Below the pieces are notes generated by a model that saw only the letters and a program-made list of their open reading frames with translations, had not been told where the DNA came from and did not search any database. Positions 8,409-16,687 of a DNA stretch of 24,000 nucleotides are shown piece after piece. Position 1 is the first letter of the stretch. Every line of letters begins with the position of its first letter. The stretch comes from Hyphomonadaceae bacterium UBA1933 (GTDB taxonomy: Bacteria > Pseudomonadota > Alphaproteobacteria > Caulobacterales > Aquidulcibacteraceae). Where the stretch lies: assembly GCA_002337085.1 (NCBI GenBank), contig DDFH01000002.1, positions 1 to 24,000 of the forward strand, read 5' to 3'. The translations under genes were made by a program, and so were the position numbers.

Positions 8409-8849
8409 ATGCCAACGGCAATAATAAATATATTAAAAGGGCATGATCGCCAAAAATTAAAACAAATCATTCGTGAAACCACGGATGCAATGCATAGAGT
8501 TCTATCTGCACCGAAAGAGCGTTTGATGATTTGGATATATGAAATTGATCAAGACTTATGGGGGCTTGCTGGCAATCCCGCATCGGATATCAGCGATTTT
8601 GAAATTCGTAAATCACTGGAAATTCCATTCGTGCAAATGACCCTTATGAAAGGGCGACCTTTGGAACAGTTTCACAAAATTATGGATGAAATTTCCGAAA
8701 TAATTGCCCGAAATCTTGAAATCAACAAATCACAAGTTCGTGTACATATTGCAACGGCTGAACCTGATTTATGGGCAATTGGTGGCGTTCCTGCATCGGT
8801 TTTACGTGCCAAAGAACTAGAAGCGCGACAAGCCGAAATGGCAAAATAA
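8409..8849 (+). CDS. tandem-fused 4-oxalocrotonate tautomerase (two 4-OT repeats in one chain)
   Basis: 146 aa. Repeat 1 (aa 2-59) is PTAIINILKG...DLWGLAGNPAS. Repeat 2 (aa 73-130) is PFVQMTLMKG...DLWAIGGVPAS. Each is 58 aa and colinear with the roughly 62-aa canonical 4-OT. AGGAG RBS upstream. Confidence 0.85.
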   Translation: MPTAIINILKGHDRQKLKQIIRETTDAMHRVLSAPKERLMIWIYEIDQDLWGLAGNPASDISDFEIRKSLEIPFVQMTLMKGRPLEQFHKIMDEISEIIARNLEINKSQVRVHIATAEPDLWAIGGVPASVLRAKELEARQAEMAK

Positions 8850-8851
8850 AC

Positions 8852-8891
8852 TGATACCCAAAAGGTATTGTAGCGGCCAAAAAAAAGTATT
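8852..8891 (+). promoter_or_regulatory. LysR-type operator upstream of dmpKLMNOP
   Basis: TGATACCCAAAAGGTAT (dyad at 8854-8868), then exactly 18 nt ending in A8, then GTATT (8887-8891). A further 22 nt leads to TCATAAA (8913-8919). Confidence 0.7.
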
Positions 8892-9058
8892 TTATTGTAT
8901 AAAGATTTTAATTCATAAAATTCTATATAAAAATAAAGTGATAAAAATCACAAGTCAGGAAACGAACGGGTAATTCCAAAACACAGGCCAAACCTGGGGT
9001 TTAACGAACGCATTGTTGCGGGCGATTGGAATATTTTGCCCAAGAAAAGGGAGACAAA

Positions 9059-9313
9059 ATGGGTAATAAAACCCCCTTGAAAAAATTGCTGGGCAAAGGT
9101 TTTGTGAAAATCCTTGGAACGCGCCTTGGCAAATATATCGAATTTGAATTTTCCCTTAATGATAGTGACCTTGCGGTGGAATTAATCCTTCCGCCTGACG
9201 CATTTAAAGCATTTTGCGAAGCAAATGACGTTGTGATGCTTTCCCCTGATCCCCAACCATCAAGAGAAGTGGCCGGGCTTTTGGGAAAATTTATGCCTGA
9301 TGAATTTGAATAA
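9059..9313 (+). CDS. dmpK: phenol hydroxylase assembly protein P0
   Basis: DmpK-like core FVKILGTRLGKYIEFEFSLNDSDLAVELILPPDAFKAFCEAN. The ATG at 9059 with a GGGAG RBS is preferred over the TTG at 9026 given in the ORF track. Confidence 0.8.
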   Translation: MGNKTPLKKLLGKGFVKILGTRLGKYIEFEFSLNDSDLAVELILPPDAFKAFCEANDVVMLSPDPQPSREVAGLLGKFMPDEFE

Positions 9314-9339
9314 AATAAAATAGTTACTTGGAGTTTGAA

Positions 9340-10329
9340 ATGACCGTTGAAATTAAAACTTTAGACTTTGAGCCGAAACGTCATACTTTCGGTCATGTCG
9401 CTCGCCGCATCGGCGGTGACAAGCCTGCAACGCGTTATCAAGAGGCAACTCTTGACGCACAAGCAACAGAGAATTTTCATTATAAACCGCTATATGAGCC
9501 ACAATTCTGGCATTATGATACCGCAAAAACCAAAGTGGTTATGGATGATTGGTACAAACCTCTTGACCCGCGCCAATATTATTATGCGACATATAATATT
9601 GCCCGCGCCAATATGAACCAAGCAGTTGAGCGTAATTTTACCTTTGTTGAAGATAAAAATCTTTTAGGAAAAGTCTCTGAAGATTTAAAACAAAAGCTGA
9701 TTATTGGGCTTATCCCTGTGCGTCATATCCACTGGGGCAGCAATATGAACACTTCTGAAATGTGCCAACGTGGATATGGCACTGCATTTACCGCACCTTG
9801 TATGTTTTCTGCGGGTGATCATCTTGGGATGGCACAGATTGTTTCGCGCATTGGACTAGAACTTGATGGACAAACTGGTATTGGTTTGGACAAGGCAAAA
9901 GATGCATGGATGAATGATAATGCATGGCAGGGCATACGTAAATTGGTCGAAAATACCCTTGTGCAGCGTGATTTCTTTGAATTATTTGTTGCCCAAGTTT
10001 TTGCAATAAATGGCATAATTCTTGATGCAATTTATAATGGAATGGATGATGCGTGGGGTGATGCTTCCCTGCCGATTTCTATGCTTACAGAATTTATGAA
10101 TGACTGGCAGAAAGAAGAGGCGCGCTGGTCACATTCAACCATAAAAATTGTTGCCGCCGAAAGCCCAGAAAACAAAGCACTTGTTTCGGCATGGTCAAAT
10201 GATTGGATTAATCGTGCCGAAGATGCATTGCGTATATATACGACTGCAATAGCTGGCGATGAAAATATTGCCAAAACCTATGCTGATAAGATGCGTACAA
10301 CTGCAAAATCACTTGGGTTGGAGATATAA
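9340..10329 (+). CDS. dmpL: phenol hydroxylase beta subunit P1
   Basis: About 329 aa, in the position and size of DmpL. The ATG at 9340 has a GGAG RBS 7 nt upstream and is preferred over the TTG at 9328. Confidence 0.85.
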   Translation: MTVEIKTLDFEPKRHTFGHVARRIGGDKPATRYQEATLDAQATENFHYKPLYEPQFWHYDTAKTKVVMDDWYKPLDPRQYYYATYNIARANMNQAVERNFTFVEDKNLLGKVSEDLKQKLIIGLIPVRHIHWGSNMNTSEMCQRGYGTAFTAPCMFSAGDHLGMAQIVSRIGLELDGQTGIGLDKAKDAWMNDNAWQGIRKLVENTLVQRDFFELFVAQVFAINGIILDAIYNGMDDAWGDASLPISMLTEFMNDWQKEEARWSHSTIKIVAAESPENKALVSAWSNDWINRAEDALRIYTTAIAGDENIAKTYADKMRTTAKSLGLEI

Positions 10330-10333
10330 TCAG

Positions 10334-10606
10334 ATGGCACAAATAGCATCAATAACCTTGTATCAAAATGATGAGGCCCGTCCAGTGATGGAGGCTATTT
10401 TACAAGACAATCCAACCGCGCGGGTATTGAATATGCCGGGTGCGGTTAAAATCGACGTTGATGATGAATTGGTTATCAATCGCGCAACAGTGGAAGAGAA
10501 ATTGGGTTCGGAATGGGACTGTCAGCAAATCCACATGGTTTTAATCTCGATGGCGGGCAACCTTGATGAAGATGATGACCGCATCACACTTAGCTGGAAA
10601 CACTAA
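10334..10606 (+). CDS. dmpM: phenol hydroxylase regulatory/effector protein P2 (MmoB/DmpM family)
   Basis: 90 aa from the ATG at 10334 (MAQIASITLYQNDEARPVMEAI...). The upstream part of ORF 10259-10606 overlaps dmpL and is discarded. Confidence 0.85.
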   Translation: MAQIASITLYQNDEARPVMEAILQDNPTARVLNMPGAVKIDVDDELVINRATVEEKLGSEWDCQQIHMVLISMAGNLDEDDDRITLSWKH

Positions 10607-10629
10607 TTATAAAACAAGGGAGCTATAAA

Positions 10630-12144
10630 ATGGCTGTAAAGAAAATGGGGCTAAAGCAAAAATACGCCCACCTTACACGAGGACTTGATTGGGAAACAAC
10701 CTACGAGAAAATGGATGATGTTTTCCCATATGATAAATTCGAAGGCATCAAAATCACTGATTGGTCAAAATGGGAAGACCCATTCCGTTTGACAATGGAT
10801 TCATATTGGAAGTTTCAAGCAGAAAAAGAGCGCAAGCTATATGCCGTTATCGATGCATTTGCACAAAATAATGGGCAAACAAATATTTCTGATGCCCGCT
10901 ATGTGAATGTTTTAAAATTGTTTTTAACTGGTATTTCACCTGAAGAATATCAGGCACACCGTGGTTTTGCTTTTACTGGTCGTCACCTGCGCGGGGTTGG
11001 ACCACGCGTTGCTTGTCAACAGCAATCGCTTGACGAATTGCGCCATTTCCAAACGCAATGCCACACAATCTCGCATTTCAATAAGTTTTTTAACGGTCTA
11101 TCAGAATTCAGAACTATGCATGACCGCGTGTTCTACCTTTCTGTGCCGAAATCATTCTTTGACGATGCACGCACATCAGGCCCGTTCGAATTTATGGTTG
11201 CGATTGGTTTTGCGTTTGAATATGTTTTGACCAACCTTCTTTTCGTGCCATTCATGTCGGGTGCGGCATATAATGGCGATATGTCCACAGTTACCTTTGG
11301 CTTCTCTGCGCAATCAGATGAAAGCCGCCACATGACATTGGGTATCGAAGTTATCAAATTCCTGCTTGAACAGCACCCCGATAATTTACCAATTGTGCAG
11401 GAATGGGTTGATAAATGGTTCTGGCGCGGGTTCCGTTTACTTGGTCTTGTGTCAATGATGATGGATTATATGTTGCCGAAAAAAGTCATGTCTTGGAAAG
11501 AAGCATGGGAAATATATTTTGTTGAAGCTGGTGGCACATTGTTCAAAGATTTGGAACGCTATGGCCTTAAGATGCCAAAATACCATGAACAAGCAACCGA
11601 GGCTTGTGAGCATATTTCCCACCAACTTTGGGGGCTTTTGTACCAATTAAGCCATGTTGCCGGGCTTCATGCATGGATGCCTAGTGATGAAGATATGGAT
11701 TGGTTGAGTGAGAAATATCCGAATACTTTCGATAAATATTACCGTCCACGCTTTGAGCTTTGGAAACAACAAGAAGCAGAAGGCAAACGCTTCTATTTCA
11801 ATGGTCTATTGCAATTGTGTCATACATGCCAATTACCAATGACCTTTACCGAACCGGATGACCCAACAACAACCTGCTTCCGTGAAAGCGAATACGAAGG
11901 TCAGCATTTCCACTTCTGCTCTGATGGTTGTAAGGATATTTTCGACCGTGAGCCTGAAAAATACATTTCTTCATGGCTTCCAATTCAGCAAATCTTCCAA
12001 GGCAATTGCGGTGGCCCAACCGTTCCCGATGTTTTAAAATGGTATATGTTTGGGCCAAATGACGGCGCGGAATATGTAGGCTCAGAAGACCATAAATTAT
12101 GGGAATCCTGGAAAAATACTACCACTAAAGAAGCCGCAGAATAA
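10630..12144 (+). CDS. dmpN: phenol hydroxylase alpha (diiron oxygenase) subunit P3
   Basis: 504 aa. The carboxylate-bridged diiron ligand set appears intact by my count: E106, E136-x2-H139 (DELRH), E197, E231-x2-H234 (DESRH). C-terminal Cys4 cluster CHTC...CSDGC, as in the Zn site of phenol hydroxylase alpha subunits. Confidence 0.93.
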   Translation: MAVKKMGLKQKYAHLTRGLDWETTYEKMDDVFPYDKFEGIKITDWSKWEDPFRLTMDSYWKFQAEKERKLYAVIDAFAQNNGQTNISDARYVNVLKLFLTGISPEEYQAHRGFAFTGRHLRGVGPRVACQQQSLDELRHFQTQCHTISHFNKFFNGLSEFRTMHDRVFYLSVPKSFFDDARTSGPFEFMVAIGFAFEYVLTNLLFVPFMSGAAYNGDMSTVTFGFSAQSDESRHMTLGIEVIKFLLEQHPDNLPIVQEWVDKWFWRGFRLLGLVSMMMDYMLPKKVMSWKEAWEIYFVEAGGTLFKDLERYGLKMPKYHEQATEACEHISHQLWGLLYQLSHVAGLHAWMPSDEDMDWLSEKYPNTFDKYYRPRFELWKQQEAEGKRFYFNGLLQLCHTCQLPMTFTEPDDPTTTCFRESEYEGQHFHFCSDGCKDIFDREPEKYISSWLPIQQIFQGNCGGPTVPDVLKWYMFGPNDGAEYVGSEDHKLWESWKNTTTKEAAE

Positions 12145-12156
12145 GGGGAGGGTGTA

Positions 12157-12522
12157 ATGCCAGTAAAAGCAATTGTTGAAAACTATAAAGACTTTAATCC
12201 GCATCGTGACTTACCGGAACAATATCACGGTAATTTGATGGTCTATTTATATTGGAATAAACACATGTCATTCGTGGCGGCAATGGCGGCACCATTGCCA
12301 CCGCCAACCCCATTTGGTGCTTTGCCAGAGGTTGCGAAATCAGTTTATGGCACACACCCAGATTTTGAAAAAATCGATTGGTCAAAAGTTGAATGGACAT
12401 TAGATGGTAAACCAATAACCCCTGATTTCGCTAAAACAATCGGTGAACAAGGTGTGCGCCATAAATCATTGATACGTTTTACAACGCCTGGTTTGAATGG
12501 CTTTGATGGTAAATACGTTTAA
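12157..12522 (+). CDS. dmpO: phenol hydroxylase gamma subunit P4
   Basis: 121 aa, in the position and size of DmpO. GGGGAGGG RBS upstream. The stop shares 1 nt with the dmpP start (TAATG). Confidence 0.8.
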   Translation: MPVKAIVENYKDFNPHRDLPEQYHGNLMVYLYWNKHMSFVAAMAAPLPPPTPFGALPEVAKSVYGTHPDFEKIDWSKVEWTLDGKPITPDFAKTIGEQGVRHKSLIRFTTPGLNGFDGKYV

Positions 12523-13580
12523 TGACATATACCCTTACGATAGAGCCATTGGGCGAAGAGATAGAAGTAGAAGAAGGTCAGACCATATTGGATGCAGCCT
12601 TGCGTGCGGGAATATATTTGCCGCATGCCTGTGGACATGGTTTGTGCGGAACCTGCAAGGTCGATGTGCTCGATGGTGAGGTGGATCATGGCGATGCTTC
12701 ACCCTTTGCCTTGATGGATTTTGAACGCGATGAAGGCAAGACACTGGCGTGTGAATGCCGCCTGCAATCGGATGTAACTATTGAGGCGGATATTGATGAA
12801 GATGAAGACGCGCGCCGCATAAAGGTGAAAGACTTTGATTGTGAAGTCGCTGAAATCACAAATCTTACCCATGATGTAAAGGGTATCACGTTTAAGATTA
12901 ATGGCGACACCATCGATTTTCAGGCGGGACAATATGTGAATGTCACTTTACCTGGGGTTGATGGCACACGCGCCTTTTCAATCGCCAATCCGCCAAGCGA
13001 GAATGACAAGATTGAACTTCAGGTAAGATTGGTAAAGGGTGGCAAAGGCACGACCTATATTCATGAAAACCTAAAACTTGGTGACAAGATTAAAATCTCT
13101 GGCCCTTATGGACGTTTTATAACCCGCAAATCACGCGGGGGTGCGAAACTATTCTTGGCCGGTGGTACAGGTGTTTCCAGCCCACGTTCAATGATATTGG
13201 AATTATTGGGTGAAGGTTATTCCGAACCAATTACTCTAATTCATGGTGTTCGCACCCGCAATGACCTTTATGGCTTTGACGAATTCACGGCGCTTGCGTC
13301 CAAACATCCAAACTTCACTTATATCCCCGCACTTTCAGATGCGGATGGTGATGGTGACTGGTCTGGTTCAAAAGGTTTTGTCCACGATGCAGCCAAAGAA
13401 CATTTTGGCGGAATATTTGCGGGTCAGACTGCGTATCTTTGTGGCCCGCCACCAATGATTGATGCTTGCATCACCGCATTAATGCGTGGTCGCTTGTTTG
13501 AACGCGACATCTTCACTGAAAAATTCTTAACCCAAAATGATGCGGCTCAAACCAAAAGCCCCCTTTTTAAAAGGATATGA
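12522..13580 (+). CDS. dmpP: phenol hydroxylase reductase P5 ([2Fe-2S] ferredoxin-FAD-NAD(P)H oxidoreductase)
   Basis: 352 aa. N-terminal plant-type ferredoxin motif CGHGLCGTCKV...LACEC, flavin motif RAFSIAN, NAD motif LAGGTGVSSP. Confidence 0.92.
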   Translation: MTYTLTIEPLGEEIEVEEGQTILDAALRAGIYLPHACGHGLCGTCKVDVLDGEVDHGDASPFALMDFERDEGKTLACECRLQSDVTIEADIDEDEDARRIKVKDFDCEVAEITNLTHDVKGITFKINGDTIDFQAGQYVNVTLPGVDGTRAFSIANPPSENDKIELQVRLVKGGKGTTYIHENLKLGDKIKISGPYGRFITRKSRGGAKLFLAGGTGVSSPRSMILELLGEGYSEPITLIHGVRTRNDLYGFDEFTALASKHPNFTYIPALSDADGDGDWSGSKGFVHDAAKEHFGGIFAGQTAYLCGPPPMIDACITALMRGRLFERDIFTEKFLTQNDAAQTKSPLFKRI

Positions 13581-13626
13581 TATTATGGTAGCATAACAAT
13601 GGCTTAGTTTATTGATGGGGCATCGT

Positions 13627-15093
13627 TTATGTTTCAAGCTCTGGTGCTTTTTGCGTTTCTTTAAAATTTGCCATTGCTTCGTGATAGGCGTTTGAATTTT
13701 TCAAAACGTCACCAATTATCAAAATCTCTGGCCTGTCATATTCAATTTCTGCAAAGCAATGCGGGATTTGTGCGATGGTCGTTATAATGTTTTTTTGCCC
13801 TTGTCGTGTGGCATTAATTATAATTGCCGCTGGGGTTTCTCGTGAAATCCCGCTTTGCAGCGCTTTTTCAACAAAAACATTTATGGTATGGCGCGGCATA
13901 TAAACAAAAGTTGTTGCATGCTTGTCGGCAATTGCATCGAAATTTATGCCTTGTGGCAAGCTGCCATTTTTGCCAGAGCCTGTAATATATTGCACTTTGT
14001 ATGAATATTCGCGGTCGGTCATAGAAATCCCAAGGCTCGCGGCAACCCCTTGGGCAGTGGTTATTCCAGGGATTATTTTAATGGGAATGCCTTGTGCTTC
14101 GCATGCTTTTATTTCTTCGGTGGCACGTCCAAAAACTAAAACATCACCACCTTTTAGGCGCACAACATTTTTCCCTGCTTTGGCATGGTCAATCATAGTT
14201 TTAATAATTGAATCTTGACTGTTTGATGGTTTATGTCCGCGTTTGCCAACCGATATAATATCGGCTTCGCGGCGGACAAAATCAATTATATCCTGTGAAA
14301 CAAGGTCATCCACCAAAACCACATCCGCCGATTGCAAGGCGCGTAACGCACCAATGGTTAGTAATTCTGGATCACCAGGGCCGGCACCAACCAAGCTAAC
14401 ATTACCTTCATTTGATGGCGTTTGCATAAGCAGGCTTTCAAACAACTCATCATTTGGTTCTTGAATATTTGCCTCAAGTGCCTTCCTTGCAAAAATATGC
14501 CAAAAATCGCGCTTTTGCTTAGGTTCAAGGTCGGATTTTTTTATTTTTGGTCGCCATGCGGCGGCAAGGTTAAGCCATTTAGCAATTTTTTGCGGCAGCA
14601 TTATTTCCAATCGCCCGCGTAATTCTTGCCCCAATGCAGGTGATGCACCATCGGTTGAAATCCCAATTACCAATGGTGAACGATTAACAATTGCCCCAAA
14701 TGTAAAGTCACAATATTCGGGCTTATCAATTATATTAACAAGAACGGAGTTTTCGCGTGCCGCCGTTATAAATGCAATTGCATCTTCATTTGAAATTGAT
14801 TGGCAAACCGCAAGCGCACTATTCTTTAAATCATCCTTATGCCACCTTCTTTCATGAAGGATTACATTTTCAATTTTATCGAAAACTCTTTTATGTTCTT
14901 GGTTGATAGGTATGCCAAGAAAGAGGTCAATATGCGCACCCGTGGCAGCAAGTAATTCTGCCTTCCACATTGCACCAACTTCATGCCCCGCAACAATTAT
15001 ACGACGATTATTCAGCTTATGAAAAAGTGGCAGATTTGCCAAATCTTGCATTTTTTGATGTGAAATAGGTTTTGGAATGCGAATTTGTGTCAT
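13627..15093 (-). CDS. cysG: siroheme synthase (precorrin-2 dehydrogenase/ferrochelatase domain plus uroporphyrinogen-III C-methyltransferase domain)
   Basis: 488 aa. N-terminal LPLF...IIVAG...NIIDKPEYCDFTFGAIVNRSPLVIGISTDGASPALG, and C-terminal SUMT motif VSLVGAGPGDPELLTIGALRALQSADVVLVDDLV. ATGA overlap with the cysN stop. Confidence 0.88.
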   Translation of the reverse strand: MTQIRIPKPISHQKMQDLANLPLFHKLNNRRIIVAGHEVGAMWKAELLAATGAHIDLFLGIPINQEHKRVFDKIENVILHERRWHKDDLKNSALAVCQSISNEDAIAFITAARENSVLVNIIDKPEYCDFTFGAIVNRSPLVIGISTDGASPALGQELRGRLEIMLPQKIAKWLNLAAAWRPKIKKSDLEPKQKRDFWHIFARKALEANIQEPNDELFESLLMQTPSNEGNVSLVGAGPGDPELLTIGALRALQSADVVLVDDLVSQDIIDFVRREADIISVGKRGHKPSNSQDSIIKTMIDHAKAGKNVVRLKGGDVLVFGRATEEIKACEAQGIPIKIIPGITTAQGVAASLGISMTDREYSYKVQYITGSGKNGSLPQGINFDAIADKHATTFVYMPRHTINVFVEKALQSGISRETPAAIIINATRQGQKNIITTIAQIPHCFAEIEYDRPEILIIGDVLKNSNAYHEAMANFKETQKAPELET

Positions 15094-16685
15094 ATTCCAT
15101 ACCCATCAATATTATTTTCATCATCAGCATGAACCAAATTCTTGCTTTTTTCATAGGCGCTGAAATGCAATAATTGTACGATTGGCTTAAGAAGAAGTTC
15201 TAATAGTGCCGCAAGCATTGAAACATCAATGCGGTGTGTTACCAATAATACTATAAAGAATGTCGCCACCGCCGAAAATGGATACCATGACTTAACGTAA
15301 TTCAAGACTTCTGATTTATCGGCATTATCGGGTAAAAGACGCTGGATAAATTGTTCAATTGCTTCATAAGTTTCGGTTTTTGCCGTCTTGGCATTTTTTA
15401 CCATGCCGAGGGCAATGGTCTCATTGGTAAATTTATCAATAAGGATAAATGCCCCTAAATCACGGTTGTTTTTATAAGTATCAAATAATAATGGTTTGGA
15501 AAGCCTGATTTCAACCTCGGCAACGCCATTCATGCCAAGACGATCAATTTCTTTATTCTTTAGGTTTTCAAAATCAAAACCATTGCCCAATGCAACAACA
15601 TAGGCGTTGATTTCACTCGTGGCGCTTTTGATAAGATACTCTTTGTTTAGTGATAATGGGGTTGCCGAACACCACAATATATCGGCAGTAAAGCCAGTCT
15701 TGGTGCGTAATTCTGTTTTTGCAGATGAAATAATATCACCGCGCGAAACATCAATTTCATCGTCAAGTGTTAGGGTGACAGACTGTCCATTCTGTGCCTT
15801 GGCAATATCACCGTCATAGGTAACAATACGGGCGATGTTGGATGTTTGACCACTTGATGAAACCCGAATTTTGTCGCCAACTTTAATTTCACCACCGGTT
15901 ACAAAGCCTGAAAAACCGCGAAAATCAAGATTTGGGCGGTTTACCCATTGCACAGGGAAGTGAAAATTTTGGCTTTCGGCGGGTATGATTTGAACGGTCT
16001 CAAGATAATTTATCAGGCTTTTACCCTGATACCATTTCATATTATCGCTTTTAAGGAGGATGTTTTCACCATTTTTTGCGGCAAGTGGGATTGCATAAAC
16101 TTCATCAAAACCAAAAACTGATGAATGCGATAAAAAGTCTGCTTTAATTTCGTCAAAAACTTGTTGGGAATAATCAACCAAATCCATTTTATTAATCGCC
16201 AAAACCACCTTTTTCACCCCCATTAAGGAGGTAATAAGGGCATGGCGGCGGGTTTGTGGTAAAACACCTTTGCGAGCATCAATTAAAATAATTGCAAGTT
16301 CGGCATTCGATGCACCATTCGCCATATTGCGTGTATATTGTTCATGCCCTGGTGTGTCGGCAACAATAAAGGCGCGTTTTGGTGTGCGGAAATAACGATA
16401 AGCAACATCAATGGTGATACCCTGTTCCCGTTCGGCGGCAAGGCCATCAACCAAAAGCGCGTAATCACGCTCTTGACCGATTGTACTAAATTTCTTGCTG
16501 GCTTCATCTAATGCCTCGATTTGATCGTCAAAAACCTGACCGGCATCAAAAAGCATGCGCCCGATAAGGGTTGATTTACCGTCATCCACAGAGCCACAGG
16601 TTATAAAGCGCAAAAGCCCAATTTGATTTTGTCCGATTGGTTCTGCGTTGGCGATAAATTCTGATTTTGCTTCTAATTTTGTCAT
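15090..16685 (-). CDS. cysN: sulfate adenylyltransferase subunit 1 (GTPase) with an extra hydrophobic C-terminal tail
   Basis: 531 aa. CysN GTPase motifs GSVDDGKSTLIGRML, DTPGHEQY and NKMD. The canonical body ends near ...FILIDKFTNETIALGMV (about aa 429). There is no APS-kinase P-loop in the remaining roughly 100 aa. Confidence 0.9.
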   Translation of the reverse strand: MTKLEAKSEFIANAEPIGQNQIGLLRFITCGSVDDGKSTLIGRMLFDAGQVFDDQIEALDEASKKFSTIGQERDYALLVDGLAAEREQGITIDVAYRYFRTPKRAFIVADTPGHEQYTRNMANGASNAELAIILIDARKGVLPQTRRHALITSLMGVKKVVLAINKMDLVDYSQQVFDEIKADFLSHSSVFGFDEVYAIPLAAKNGENILLKSDNMKWYQGKSLINYLETVQIIPAESQNFHFPVQWVNRPNLDFRGFSGFVTGGEIKVGDKIRVSSSGQTSNIARIVTYDGDIAKAQNGQSVTLTLDDEIDVSRGDIISSAKTELRTKTGFTADILWCSATPLSLNKEYLIKSATSEINAYVVALGNGFDFENLKNKEIDRLGMNGVAEVEIRLSKPLLFDTYKNNRDLGAFILIDKFTNETIALGMVKNAKTAKTETYEAIEQFIQRLLPDNADKSEVLNYVKSWYPFSAVATFFIVLLVTHRIDVSMLAALLELLLKPIVQLLHFSAYEKSKNLVHADDENNIDGYGI

Positions 16686-16687
16686 GT

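Noticed and set aside
9027-9040. Sigma54-like element TGGAATATTTTGCC just upstream of dmpK, considered because phenol hydroxylase operons are usually -24/-12 promoters.
   Set aside because: GG and GC are 10 nt apart here, against 12 nt in the TGGCAC-N5-TTGC consensus. The element also sits only about 20 nt from the ATG, overlapping the RBS region. No NtrC-type activator gene is present.
9026-9058. TTG starts given in the ORF track for dmpK (9026) and dmpL (9328), and the upstream ATG start for dmpM (10259).
   Set aside because: In each case an in-frame ATG lies downstream (9059, 9340, 10334). It either has a proper Shine-Dalgarno or, for 10334, removes a 75-nt overlap with dmpL. Each gives family-typical lengths.
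13562-13626. Search for a terminator in the 46-nt gap where the phenol (plus) and sulfate (minus) operons converge, including the CCTTTTTAAAAGG palindrome at 13562-13574.
   Set aside because: The palindrome lies inside the dmpP coding end and has essentially no loop. No stable stem plus T-tract was found on either strand, so no terminator is claimed.
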